Below are positions 1 to 13,280 of a DNA stretch of 64,000 nt, in pieces. The stretch spans positions 27,776,001-27,840,000 of the forward strand of contig OX597823.1 of assembly GCA_951406725.2 (NCBI GenBank), read 5' to 3'. Under the pieces are notes generated by a model. The model searched no databases, was not told the DNA's origin, and saw only the letters and a list, made by a program, of their open reading frames with translations. Source of the DNA: Octopus vulgaris. Its lineage: Eukaryota. Every line of letters starts with the position of its first letter. Positions within the stretch are counted from its first letter, which is position 1. A program made the position numbers and the translations under genes.

Positions 1-727
1 AATAACCCGTTCACCGAAAAACTCTCGAAGTAGCTCCATGGTGATGCGCAAGATGAATACCATGTACTGACTAGAAATAATTTTGTGGTGTGCAAAAAAA
101 AAAAAAAGGCAGTCTTAAATGATTTTAAACATAATTTAACCTAGAAACTCGCTGTTCTGCGAGTTTATTATCGATTTTGCAGACATCAGCACGCATCAGT
201 AAATAATCTGTTTTGCTGAATTCTGTAAACCAAAGCCACCATTTTTGTTTAGTTCCATCGATTCGACGCTGGCTTTGGCTGAAGAGAGACAACCAGGTCG
301 AAACATCGGTGTCTTAAGTTCTACGTCAGTTAATTGTCGCGTTCACGAAGGTTTATTGGTATCTGTTGGGACACGACAGGTTTGCCGAAGTTAATGTTAG
401 CGTTACCTTTTATCTTTTCTGGGCCGATAAAATAAAGTAAAAAGTACCAGTAAGATACTGGTGTCGATGGCATCCGCTAAGCCCTTCCCTTAAAACTGCT
501 GGCCATATGATTAAATTAGAAACAATTATTACACTCACACACATACACGCACGCATACGCACACGCACGCATGCACACACACGCTGGACACGCGCACCCA
601 CGCACACACTCAAACAAACCTACACACACGCACGCACACACACACATACACCACCCACCCCTTACGCATACACAGCTCCACAACAGGATATACTACACAC
701 CCGCGAATCATGTACTGAATTAATTAT

Positions 728-942
728 TCTTTTCTGTTCTCAGCACAAGGACTATCCCCCTTTTGGGCGAGGGGAATAGACGATTACATCGACCTCAGTA
801 CTCAACTGGTACTTATTTTTCCGACACCGAAAGGATGAAAGGCAAAGTCGACCTCGGTGGAATTTGAACTCAGAACGTAGCGGCAGACGAAATACCGCTA
901 AGCATGTCGCCCGGCTTGCTAACGTTTCTGCCAGCTCGCCGC
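728..942 (-). mobile_element. tRNA-derived SINE family A (Meta-domain-like central region)
   Basis: Head GGCGAGCTGGCAGAAACG, B box GAGTTCAAATTCC, body GCCTTTCATCCTTTCGGGGTCGAT..AAGTACCAG. More than 20 copies in the window. Confidence 0.85.
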
Positions 943-1526
943 TTTTATACAGAATAAATAATACTAACAACACGAAAGACTATCATTCACAGATACAAAC
1001 TCATGGTCTCACCGCCGCACACACCAAGCCCGCATACATGCACGCGTCTACTCACTTGCGCGCGCACATACTCCATACACAGACAAACACATACACTCTC
1101 TCTCTCTCACGCACCCAGGCACACACGCACCGACACACTTATTGTCCGTCCGTCTCTGACTTCATGACTGGTAGAAGTTGGTATTTTAATTTAAAGAACA
1201 GACACCAGAATAAAGAAAAACAAAAAAAAACAAAAACAAAAAATAAACAAAACAAACATTACTGTTTGATTTAAAGCGTTCCTCGAAAGTAGTAATTCTC
1301 CAACTGGAGTAGATTTTTCTCTCTGGGGTTTGTGGGATAAAAATTCACATAATTTGCGGGTAGACTACACCTTACCTGTTCATAAGGTATACAATCGTCA
1401 AAGCTTCTTAGAAGTACGTACCTTCAAAATTATACGTCCTTTGCACACGGGTAACGAAAGCTACAAGGATTGTCAAGTGGCGGGGGACAAATACCCCCTC
1501 CACCTCACACACACACACGCACACTA

Positions 1527-1750
1527 CAGTGATTCTTCGACTGTCGCGAGTGTTACGTTCCAAAACCTCCCGCGATGGGTAAAAATCCACGTAGTAGAAA
1601 CATTCCTGTTTTGTATAGTTTTTTATTATTATTTGTATAGTTTGTATACATTTATTTTATTATAAATGCAAAACAACACCACGGAGGAATCGATGTAAGC
1701 TTAAATGATAAACCGCGATAGGCGAACCGCGATATGGCGAGCGATTACTG
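1527..1750. mobile_element. Tc1/pogo-type MITE
   Basis: TA-CAGTGATTCTTCGACTGTCGCG ... CGCGATATGGCGAGCGATTACTG-TA. Related copy at 37375. Confidence 0.75.
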
Positions 1751-1769
1751 TATACATCTATATATTTAG

Positions 1770-2105
1770 ACGTAGGCATTTCTGTGTGCTTCGTAACCAC
1801 GTGGTTCTGCGTCCTGCCCTACATGGCACCCAGAGAAAGTGTCTTCTACTATAAACCGAACTCAACTAATGCTTTGTGAGTGAATCTGGTGGAGGGAAAC
1901 TGTGAGAAGCCCTTTGTGTGTGTGTGTTCGTTTTTGGCTCATGTGGTGTAGGTTCCTTTGCGGACTGCTAACTTAGCAGTTCGGCATAAAGGAAATATAA
2001 AACGAGTGCCAGATTTCAAAATAAATACTGGAACCGATTTATTTGACTAATCCTACAAGTCAGTGCTCCAATATGATCGCAACCCAATGACTGACACAAG
2101 TAAAA
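1770..2105 (+). mobile_element. SINE family B (diverged)
   Basis: Diverged match to family B. Confidence 0.65.
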
Positions 2106-2112
2106 GGGTATA

Positions 2113-3014
2113 CGTGGTCTGATCAATAAGTATCCGGACTGTTGCCATTGTAACGAAGCTAAAGCACGTAGAGTAAAGCCGCTTTGGCACAGATTCACCT
2201 TGAACTCTGCTGTACATATGCACTAAGTTTTAACATTGTAGCTCACTCCCGCTGTTTACAGCAGTGCTTGGAAGGAAGGTATGTAACGTGTGATCGTCGC
2301 ATTGACCATGACAGAGGAAGTTGAGCAGAGAATCTGCATCAAATTTTACCTAAAGCTTGGCGATACCTGCTCAGAGGCCTACGCATAGTTTTCGAAATGT
2401 TTTCATCACTCTCGACACAATGAAGGAGATCTTGTGCAACTGAAACCCGGGTGTCTTCTTGGTCAGCTGAAAGCAGTTTTGGCATAAACTTGGCAGACAC
2501 GCGTCTCATACCCAAATCTTCAGTGATAATGGACTGAACTGAACTGAACCGTAACTAATCTGCACATCTTCTGATAACTCGCGGATGGTGTTTCGACGAT
2601 TTTCCCCCACAGCTGCACGCACATCTGCAATGTTTTTCTCAAGTTCTGCTTGTTGCGAGTCTCCCAGAACATTTATCAGTATCGGCAGTTTTTCGGCCAT
2701 CTTAGAAACGTCTGAACCACTCGTACACTTGTGTGCGACTCATATACTCCTCTCCATACACTTTTTGCAACGTTGCATTAGCCTCTGAGCAGGTATCGCC
2801 GTGACAATTTTCTCTGTCATGGTCAATGCGACGATCACACGCTACACACCTTCCTTGCAAGTACTGCTGTAAACAACAGAAGTGAGCCAGAACGTTAAAT
2901 CTTTGTGCGCATACACAACAGAGTTAAAGGTCAGTATTTGCCAAGCGGCTTTACTCTGCATGCTTTCGCTTCGTTACTATGGCAACAGTCCGGATACTTA
3001 TTAATCAGACCTTG
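2113..3014 (-). mobile_element. Non-autonomous mariner element with two left ends (long inverted duplication) and transposase N-terminal remnant
   Basis: TA-CGTGGTCTGATCAATAAGTATCCGGACT / AGTCCGGATACTTATTAATCAGACCTTG, ~270-bp inverted arms. Minus strand encodes ...KVYGEEYMSRTQVYEWFRRF*DGR..SGR..RRNTIRELSEDVQISYGSV..LGMRRVSAKFMPKLLS (mariner HTH). Confidence 0.85.
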
Positions 3015-3324
3015 TCTGTTAAAAACGAAAATGTATGGCCGTCACTAGCATGTGAGTATGTACCATGCTTTTGTTAATTACTTTAGGTGCCTGTGTATTT
3101 GCGAGCAGACATTGACGTCTCCTCGGCCCGCCTTCACCTAGCGGGACATCGATGATTTGATAGATCGAAAGAGAGAGAGAGAGATGTACTCATTCTCAAC
3201 TGAGTAGAGATCAGCAATGTGAAACGAAATGCCTTGTTCATGGACACAACGTTCCGCTAGTCCAGGAATCGAGCCCGCGACCTACTTATTGTGAGGCGAG
3301 GCCGCGCGCACACATACACACACA

Positions 3325-3436
<112 letters not shown>

Positions 3437-3582
3437 CTGTGTGCATATACATATATATGTATGTATGTATGTATGTGCAGTGTGCAACCCGTGATCATCA
3501 GGCTATGTGTTCAATTCCTGGATTAAGCAGTGTAACTAAGTGTGACGTGTCCTTGAGTAAAGCACTTTACTTCACATTGCTC

Positions 3583-3623
<41 letters not shown>

Positions 3624-4439
3624 TCCCTCCCTCCCTCCTCTCTCTCTTCTCCCTGCTCTCTCTCCCCATCTACTTCTTCAATCAGCCGCTAGAATACAGT
3701 GATATCGCACTACTTTATCCTTCAAATCCTCCAAGTCACACTGGATATGCAAGTTCATTATATCATTAAGACGTGGTGGTCACGGTTGGAGTTTTTCGTT
3801 ATAGGTTTGCTCAGTTAAAGCTGATAAGCAACTAAACAGCAAATACCTGAAAGGTAATCAATACTTTTAGAAATAGTTTTCTCTTAATGATTGTCTGTGC
3901 AATGACCTTAAGCTCATAAATCGTGCGCTGATAACCCTCTACTATAACCATACTCCCTAAACTTGTTTCTGCTGGATCAGGCCGTTGGCAAAAGCCGTGC
4001 TGGCGCGTGACAACTGACTCAGCATGTCTTTGTTTTTTGTTTGTTTTTTTTTCTTCTTCTTTCTTAAACTTTTCGTAAGCTGAATTGTAGTTTCGCATAC
4101 GCGACTCGAGCCCCCAAAATGTGTATATTCCTTTCATACTGATTTAACCAGTCAACCGTAAATTTTATGTTGTTTAACTCAACTGTTCCTCTGGTTATGC
4201 TTGACATAATTTTCTCACCTGTATGATGACTCCACAATGGAAAGAAAGAAAGAAAAAAAGACAAAAAGATAGGAATGTTCTGGAATGTTGTAAGAAAATA
4301 GACTGAGGATAGATATCAGATCGTGTAGAATTTAAAAAATCGGACAGATTTGCCTAATAAAAGCACTTCGACTATGGACTATGTTGCAAATATTTGTCTT
4401 TATTTCGTAGGACAACACGTTTAAGATATCAACACAACG

Positions 4440-5290
4440 TGTGAAGTATCTAGGTGGGTACCCGACCTGGTGGAAATAGCAGCCAAATCTCGCTCAAATC
4501 ATACAAATCCAATTTCTTAGATAAGAGGACACATTGAATTATGTTAGTCCATTGGATAATTAAGACGTGATGGTCACGGCTGGAATGCTATTCGTTATAG
4601 GTTTGCTCAAAGTTGATCTGGAACTAAACAACAAACAAAATATCTCGTTGTTGTTGTTATTATTATTCAGGTCGCTGCTTGGAATTGAACTTGGAATTTT
4701 GGGGTTAGTAGCCCGCGCTCTTAACCACTACGCCATATGCCCATGGCGTAGTGGTTAAGAGCGCGGGCTACTAACCCCAAAATTCCAAGTTCAATTCCAA
4801 GCAGCGACCTGACCTGAACAATAAAAAAAAAACATATCTATTTTGTTGTTGTTTAGTCTCAGGTCAGTCCTGATCTAAAGCATTCTAGCTGTAACTGTCT
4901 TGTTTGGTTTTGTACATAAAAGACTACATTATGAATCCTGTGTGCCCTTCCTTTTCGAATCAAGGAATATCTATTTGATAAAAATTTGACTGTTATGTCT
5001 AACATGTCGATCGGCTGTATAGAGGCTGTCTCATTGGCTCGTCCGTTCTGTGTATTGTAATATTGGTGTCATTGTTTAGACCCAGGTGAACTCTTGTAGA
5101 CAAACCTATAATCAAAAACGTTCTAGTTATAACCATCTTACCGTTTTATTCAAGCCTTGCGTGTCTGTTATTACGTTATCCATTGCAGTCTTAAATATCT
5201 TTTAAGACAGTAGAATGTGATCTAAAGGAAATTTAACTGCTATTTCTGATAGATCGAGTGACCATGTAGAGAGAGACGTCTTTGTTACCG
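4440..5290. repeat. Old dispersed repeat family D fragments in both orientations (others at ~3690-3835, 11630-11890, 33760-33920, 34830-34990, 42370-42530)
   Basis: Recurrent GAAATAGCAGCCAAATCTC..CAAATCA / GATGGTCACGGCTGGAATG..GACCTGGGG.TAAACAACAA motifs. Confidence 0.55.
4667..4812. mobile_element. Perfect 70-bp-arm palindrome made of two head-to-head tRNA-like heads of the same element
   Basis: 4667-4736 is the exact reverse complement of 4743-4812, with loop ATGCCC. The head matches 49036-49102. Confidence 0.85.
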
Positions 5291-5581
5291 CGTCTGTTAT
5301 ATGATATTACATGACAGTCAATCAGTGTCATTCGACATAGAAGCCACGCTAAGTACGTATTTATTTTCTTTACTATAAATTCATGTACGTCACCTCACTG
5401 TTTAAGTCCTGATTTCATAGTGTTAAACAGGTGAGAGAATCTTCATATTGTCTCTATTTCTAGCTCGGATTTCTAGATTTTTCTGGAATCGAATGGTACT
5501 TATTACTGTCAGCATCAAGGTGACGTGATTTAATTTTGAGTAAAGATTCTGCATAGGTAATGCAATGCTGGATGGTTTCGT

Positions 5582-5914
5582 AGTCCAAGTACGAGTTACC
5601 AAACGTGTTGCCGTAGTATTTATTTTCTCGTGCTTATATTTCCCCCATACCTCTGCAGCGAGGGTCTATATCTAACACGCGAGCAAAAATAGCCATCTAT
5701 TTTCTGCAGAGAAACACTACGTCGGATTTTATGGGTAGCTTGACGAACAGATGTCCAGATAGTTATGTACTTGGATAAGCAGACAGATAGATGGCTATTT
5801 TTGCTCGCGTGTTAGATAGATATGGACCCTCGCTGCAGAGGTATGGTGGGGGGTGAATATAAGCACGAGAAACGAGATACTATGGCAACACGTTTGGGGT
5901 CTCGTACTTGGACT
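5582..5914. mobile_element. Fold-back MITE with ~120-bp TIRs
   Basis: AGTCCAAGTACGAG..AAAAATAGCCATCTAT versus ATAGATGGCTATTTTT..CTCGTACTTGGACT. Confidence 0.75.
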
Positions 5915-6415
5915 TCATCACAAAGGGGCTGTTGTACAAAACCATCCAACATTCCATTACCTCCCTTGAAGCAGTGTAAAGAAAAGAAGAAAAAAACCAG
6001 CTGATATAGTATGGCCATGTAGCAAGATTCATTGCCTTGCAAAGACCATCCTTCAAGGAACTACGGAGAGGAAAGACGGAGAGAGAGAGGCGGAAAGAAG
6101 AAAATATGAACAGACAAATGAATGGGTAGGAAATCTGGTGCTGCAGATAGATAGAGCTTTGCACAGCCCGTCTTGACGCGCCTCTTATGTCTTCATCAAA
6201 AACTGAGGGATCACGGGGAAAGACTTAGGCCTTTCTGAATCTCGATGATATTGAATTGTCACTTTTGCTTGTCTCTTTTTAATTGCTTTTTTTTTTTAAT
6301 ATATAGATTTCAAACACTCTCAAAAGGAGAATTTGTTTTCTAATAACGTCTATGATCAGGTCATCAAGGCTGTTCACTTCACCGTCTTACATCTATGAGA
6401 CCCAACCGTAAATAT

Positions 6416-6798
6416 GTGGAGGCGCAATGGCCCGGTGGTTAGGGCAGCGGACTCGCGGTCATAGGATCGCGGTTTCGATTCCCAGACCGGGCGTTGTGAG
6501 TGTTTATTGAGCGAAAACACCGAAAGCTCCACGAGGCTCCGGCAGGGGATGGTGGTGATCCCTGCTGTACTTTCACCACAACTTTCTCTCACTCTTACTT
6601 CCTGTTTCTGTTGTACCTGTATTTCAAAGGGCCGGCCTTGTCACTCTCTGTGTCACGCTGAATATCCTCGAGAACTACGTTAAGGGTACACGTGTCTGTG
6701 GAGTGCTCAGCCACTTACACGTTAATTTCACGAGCAGGCTGTTCCGTTGATTCGGATCAACCGGAACCCTCGTCGTCGTAACTGACGGAGTGCTTCCA
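6416..6798 (+). mobile_element. tRNA-derived SINE family C (full length)
   Basis: GGAGGCGCAATGGCCCGGTGGTTAGGGCAGCGGACTCGCGGTC..GGTTTCGATTCC head. 3' end GGAACCCTCGTCGTCGTAAC.GACGGAGTGC. Confidence 0.85.
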
Positions 6799-7184
6799 GT
6801 ATGTAAAACGTTCCTCTGAGTATTTTTCTCTCAGTTATATTATTGATGTACACATGAACATGGATTGATGGATGGGTAGATAGATACAGAGGTACATTGA
6901 CGGATATTTTTGTGGATAAAGTTAACTAGATAAATAGATGGATGGTAAGGTGAATGAATAAATAGTTAGAAGGGTAGATCGGGTGGATGAATAGATAGAA
7001 AGATTGAGGGTTGGGTGGGTAGTTTGCTGGATAATAAATGGATTGACGGGTAGGAGAATGGATATGCGGTGAAGTGGCTGGATAAATAAATACAAGATAA
7101 GATAGCTTAACATGACAAGCAACCCTCTTTTATAACATAGCATGGCAAGATACCGTGTCACTGATTAATATAATAAAAAAAAGA

Positions 7185-7482
7185 AAATGGCATTCCGTCG
7201 GTTAAGACGACGTGGGTTCCAGTTGATCCGATCAACGGAACAGCCAGCTCGTGTTTAACGTGCAGGTGGTTGAGTACTCCACAGACACAGTTCTCAGAGA
7301 GATTCAGCATGACATGGAATGTGACAAGGCTAGCCATTTGAATTACAAGTACAACATTTTTGCCAGCTGAGTGAAATGGAACAACTTGAAAGAAGAGTCT
7401 TGCTCAAGGACACAATGCGCCACTAGGAATCGAACTCATGACCGTGAACCGAATACCCTGACCACCAAGCCACGTGCCTCCA
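7185..7482 (-). mobile_element. SINE sharing the family C 3' half, with CORE-like middle
   Basis: 3' end matches family C; GTGTCCTTGAGCAAGAC on the minus strand. Confidence 0.7.
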
Positions 7483-8416
7483 CTCTAACTAATAAAGATT
7501 ATATTTGGAATATTAAGAAACGTAGCTAAATGGGTGCTGTCATAGCTGTGTGGTTAAGAAGTTTGCTTTAGCAATACCAGGTTGCAAGTTCGATTCTACA
7601 GAGCAGTATATTAGCCAAGTGTCTTCTGCTTGATCAAAGCTTTCTCAAGTTTATCAAAGCTTTGTGAATTTTGCGTTTGCACCTCGTTCCACTGCTTCAA
7701 TTTTTCTCTATACCTCTGCGGTGAAGGTGCATGTATAAAACACGTGCAAAAAATCTATCTATATATCTTTCTGCCTTTCTCTTTCTGTGTCTCTTTCTGT
7801 ATCTCTCTCTCGCTCTTTCTTTTCTGTCTCTTTACCTCTCTCTGTCTCTCCTTTCCTCTCCATTTCTTTCTGTCTCTACACGTTTATTCATCGATCTACC
7901 TAACTTATATGTCATCCTATGCAACATGTTTCTTTATGTTCCTAAGCAGATACTTCAGTCTAAATTACCTCACGTCACCTCCATGTTCACTGGAATAGGT
8001 GACATAAACGTACCAGAAAACTTAGAAATTAAATTATGATAGAAAGCTTACCAGGTAGTCAAGATCGTTTCTGTTCTTATTTCGTACACTCAAACCACTG
8101 CTCAGTTGAATACCAACGTCTGACCTCTCGGTGACTCTGAAGTCCACTCTGATGCCAGCTTTCGAAGAAGGTCTCTGGTCTGATGATGACTCCCTGGGCA
8201 CTGCCATTATTCCTTTAACTAAGCCATAACCTCCCACCGACCACGAAAATGACCTCATCAACTGACTACTTTGACAGAGACAAGAACCGTTTCCTTCAAA
8301 TATAAGCTGATTTAGTTTTAGTCCCCCCCCCCCGCACCTCCGTGCAGTTGGCTTGTACATCGTGCAGCAAAACGTCTCCAATCATCTCGGTTTAGAGTAT
8401 AGTCGCTTGAATCTCT

Positions 8417-8775
8417 TCATGTGATGTTAAGTTGCTTCATATCTTCTTTGAAAGTAAAGCGCCATGTCTTACGTTTTTTTCCTTTCCTCCACCCCTCTTG
8501 TGCTACCCATTGTGTAGCTGTTTTTTGGGTATTTGTTCTTCTGGCCGTCTGAAAACATCTCCTGCAAGTCTCACTCTTCTTTCTGCTACAATCTCCTGCA
8601 TATTGCTCAGATTGATCCTTCTCGGGATTTCGGAGTTTGTAATCCTGTCCCTCTTGGTGATTTTGAACATTCTGCGTAGACTCCATTGGTGGAATGCATT
8701 CAAACTCTGGGTAATCTTGGTAGTCATTTCCCAAGTTTCTTTTGCGTAGACTGCTGTTAGCAGACAATGTTCTGG
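8417..8775 (-). pseudogene. RTE-clade LINE ORF C-terminal remnant
   Basis: YAKETWEMTTKITQSLNAFHQWSLRRMFKITKRDRITNSEI..RRVRLAGDVFRR..GKKRKTWR matches the RTE YGSETW..CLRRIL..RLRWAGHV pattern. Confidence 0.75.
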
Positions 8776-8935
8776 TACAGCAGGGTCTTCATACGACAGA
8801 ATCACGCTCTGTGCTCCATTAAATGACAATCAGAGTGGCTAAAGATACAACAAAGGCAAGCCTAAGGATCAGCCCCCCCCAAAAAAAAAGACCAAAGTGT
8901 TGCAGGGCAGTTGACAAGGGGAGACGCCAATTCTT

Positions 8936-9115
8936 ATGAATCAAGAACCCGTTGGAGACATCATCTACTGCATCTTCCTAGGCAATATTATTGCTGCAGA
9001 GGAGGATACTGAGGCAGACGTTAACTCCAGAATCGGGCATGCAGCAATGGTGTCCAGAGGAATGAACAAAATCTGGGCCAACGCTTGGATTAGCAACTGC
9101 AAGCAGGCTGCACAT
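8936..9115 (+). pseudogene. RTE-clade LINE RT thumb remnant, inverted relative to 8417-8775
   Basis: IFLGNIIAAEEDTEADVNSRIGHAAMVSRGMNKIW resembles YLGS.I....DI..RI.KA..AF..L.KIW. Confidence 0.7.
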
Positions 9116-9394
9116 CTGTTTATAATGCTAACCACTATAAATTTTGTTAAAATGTTGAAATTGATTAAAACAAAAGTAATTTCTTGTTATAAAGCTCATG
9201 ACACCAAATGTGATCGGTAGTTTGTTATTAGTAGTTGATTTTGGTATTGTTTTCTGTAGATAGTTGTTTTGTATAATTTAATAAACAAAACTAATCAAAA
9301 TAGTTGTGATGAAATACCCATGTCAACACTGCGCGCGCGCGCATGCATATATCACAGCCAACAGTGTTAAGGTCAGTTATATACTCTGTCCTCG

Positions 9395-9665
9395 AGGCGG
9401 CGTGCTGGCAGAAACGTTAGCACGCCGGGCGAAATGCGTAGCCGTATTTCATCTGCCGTTACGTTGTGAGTTCAAACTCCGCCGAGGTCGACTTTGCCTT
9501 TCATCCTTTCGGGGTCGATAAATAAAGTACCAGTTACGCACTGGTGTGGATGTAATCGACTTAATCCGTGTATCTGTCCTTGTTTGTCCCCTCTGTGTTT
9601 AGCCCCTTGTGGGTAGTAAAGAAATAGGTATTTCGTCTGCAGCTACGTTCCGAGTACAAATTCCG
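9395..9665 (+). mobile_element. SINE family A
   Basis: Same consensus, with start of a second unit. Confidence 0.85.
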
Positions 9666-12289
9666 TTCTTTCTGTTTCTACTTCTCTATCACTCTCCCCT
9701 CTCACTCACACGTACATACACACAGACACACACTCATAAATATATGTAAAAAAAAAAACTCAGTAAACTTCGATGATCTGAGATTATCCAAACAATTATT
9801 TGATAACAATCCCTCAAGGATTGTTTAACATCTAAAAACAACAAAGGCGATAAATCTAAGATAATTTGAAGAAGCATATTACCATCTTGCCGTTCATGGT
9901 TAGCAGAATCGCTTGACTTAAGTAGAAGAATGGTTCAGGAAGAGCTCAGAATAAATATTTAAATGTACAATACTTGTTTGGTATATATAATGATTGTAGT
10001 TTCACACGGGAACAAAATTTCTGATCGTTATATTCCGTGTATCCAAACTTTTTGCTTATCATATTCTGTGTACAATCTCAACCGCTATTTTCGATCACTA
10101 TATCTTGTGTATATAAATTCTGTTTGAATTCTTGCATGTATGTACATGCGTTCTTAGTCGTTGTCATTATACCATTATATAAACTCTATGTATACGCATT
10201 CTACGTATACATTCTCAGTTGACGCCCCCCCCCCCCATTCTCAGTCACCATTATGCACCCTATCTATATCCCATTCTCATTTCCTATAAATCGTGTATAC
10301 AAATTGACCATATACACTGGCGAAGATTAGATTTAAGACCGATGATAAAAGTTATATTTCTTACAAAATATTTTGTTACTAACAGCATACAAATTATTTC
10401 TATCTTTTACACCTTATGCAGAATTTATTTCTCTTTCGAATGATGCAGATAATAACTATTTTTATACAACTTGAAGAATTCTAATGCTAAATTAATATAA
10501 ACGTTTCAAATTTACCGGCAAAATTAGTTTAAGACCGTATCATTATAATTTTATTTAAAGCTTAAGATTGTAGCAAAAATGAGCTACAAGAACGAAATAC
10601 ATATTAGTACTTTGTGCCGTAGCCTTTATTCTTAATAAAGGCTGCACAACGCCTCGGCATTGAATTCGCTAAGTGATTACAAAATTCTATGGGAATGTTT
10701 TCATTGCAGTATTGTACAGCGCAAGTTGTCTTCTGGAATACAGTTATGAATGGTTCCCGCTTTTCCATTGCAGAGTATATTAAAGATCTGTCTGTTTCGT
10801 TTCCAAGCTTAGCAATGTAAATGATATTTCCCTTTGAAGTTTCGTAGCTTCATTGCTTAAAGTTTGGTGGTGCAGAAAATAACACAATTAAATTATCTAA
10901 AGAAAAGCAATAAGCACATAAATAAACAATGTGGTTATTAGCCACAAAGTTTTTTGGTTTTTTTTCTACTGGAAACATTGCAATATCTAGAAAATGTACA
11001 ATAATCACTCATTCATCATGAACAAGTAATGTCATTTTTTTTTTTTTTGATATCTTTATTTTTCTTTCCAGTTTTGTGTGTGTGTTTGTAAAGGCTAGCT
11101 CTTGAAAAGAGGAAAAAATCTACGTTGAAATTCGTGCTTAATAAATGCCAACGCATTTAACTGCCAATTGAAATCTACCACTTATTATCTACACGAGAGA
11201 TTCGCGTATAGACGTACCATGTGACTATTAAAGAGTGTAGTACAGACTTGTGCAGATGTCTGCATGACGCATGCACTTCTGCACAAACATTGACACATTT
11301 TTCTGTGCACCTGCATGATGTGTGATATTACTGTGTTGTCTGGCTAATTAATGAATGAAAATGTTGTTGACTAATTATTTTATTGCCAATGAAAAAAAAA
11401 ATGTTGACTTTCATACTCAAAATCCTTTACTATTCATAAGATCAAAACAATCACTATTTTCTGCATATTTGCTCACTCGTCACCCAAGAGTCGAAGTCAT
11501 CCACCCGGGGTCAATATTGCCTAGGCTAGGAAACCCTGCTATAGAGAGAGACTCGACCGTTTCTTTGTCTAACACTAAGTAGATGTCCTATGGTGGTACG
11601 TTTCACTGTAGAACATCTACTATGCCTTTCATTTTTAAAGGCGGTCATGTATTTTGAGAGAGGTTTGACTGCTATTTCTAGCAGATTGAGACCACATTAG
11701 AGGTTTTCCTTAATGCTGTCAGTTAGCCCCAGGCGAGCGTCGAATGAAAAAACCTACGATCAGAGGTTTAGTCTCAGGTCAGCCTTCATTGAAGAAGCTA
11801 TTGTAGCCGCCACCATCTTGTTTTTTTTTTTTGTACATAAAAAAACTACATTGGGAATTCTGTGTGTCCTTCCCTTTCTAATCAAGGAACAAGATTAGAA
11901 CCATGATTTTTTTTTTTTTTTTACAATGAAAAACTGATAAATCGTAAAACACTGATATTATTTTCCGATTTTTTTCACCCCAGATTTTTACTCAGGTGTT
12001 TATGCAATTGCATCGTTCATGTTTTACACAAAAGACACTTTTACTTCTCATATCATGTTATGCTGACTCATTGCTCAATCGTTGCAGCAGTGACTAGGAT
12101 GTATTACATATCGTGACTACAGCGTTGTTTTCGTAAACAAAAGTATGTTCATGATAAGTAAGATCATGTTTATTATAATAGAATGTCCATTTTGCTGATG
12201 TCACAGAGGCGCTGATAACGAGTTCGCTGATATCCTTCCTGCTTTGACGCTTGTTGGTTGTGCAACAACTCGAGATTTTACATATTTAA

Positions 12290-12560
12290 AATCAATTCCC
12301 ATCTCCGCATGGCCACACTGAGAATTTCCCTTTCAAATATAAACTCAACATTAGGCATTTTTTTTTTTTGCATGGTTGGAACGACTGGCTGGAGATGTAA
12401 TCTCTCCAGGAAATGTTCATTATAGAGTGTAGCAGGCGCAACTGGCAATTCGCCAGCTTTTTCATGTATCGACGATACAGTATGTGCATATCTCAGCAGA
12501 GTACAGCGTAGAGGATATTACCGCTGTTTGGTCGGTACACCTTGCATTTTGTTGTTTCAA
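12290..12560 (-). pseudogene. RTE-clade LINE remnant
   Basis: KVYR..ILYRRYMKKLANCQLRLLHSIMNISWRDYIS. Confidence 0.65.
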
Positions 12561-13239
12561 CGAGGAAACATTCAGCTTTCTCGAAAGTGACAACTGAGAC
12601 TCTATGCAGCAAGCCATCTCCACGCCTCGGCTTTTATAATCAGAAATCGCTGAGATGCACGCACTTCTTCCCCAGCTTCAGTGTTCTTTACAAGACTGGC
12701 CGAGCTGTTAGAATGTCGGATAGAATGTTCACTTCGCGCACTGAGGTCAAATCTCACCGAGCTCAGCTCTGTCTTTCATCGTACCTGGATAGATAAAGTT
12801 CAAATCAAAAGGGGCAATTCTTTTTCCAACTCTTTTTTACCTATCTAATTCTCTTGAAGAAATCGTCTGTGATCAGTCAGGCCTGGAAAACCATTGGCCC
12901 CCGCAAATTTAAAAGGACCAAAGACACGCTGTGTGTCATGGCAGTAATGGGCTCCAGTAAAGAGCCCATGGCTTATGAAATGTGTGTGTGTGTGATTTCT
13001 TCCTTTGATAGTGTTGGCTACAACAGTCATTAGTGTAAAACACTTTCAAATAATGTTCACGAACCTTCTAAACATTAGACTGCCGTATCGCCACATCCAC
13101 CGCAAGTTCCCTCATCACCGTCGCCACCATGATGATGGCTGCTATTATTATTATCGTCATCATCATCATATTTATCATGATCGTTATCACATCACAAAAC
13201 ATCCGATGTTTTTATAGAAACCTAGCAATTCTTTCAATT

Positions 13240-13280
<41 letters not shown>

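Noticed and set aside
6416-6490. tRNA genes at SINE heads (also 4743-4812 and 49036-49102)
   Set aside because: They continue directly into repeat bodies and have poor acceptor stems; they are SINE heads
12860-12985. Short open frame KSSVISQAWKTIGPRK..
   Set aside because: No recognisable homology and no convincing splice donor
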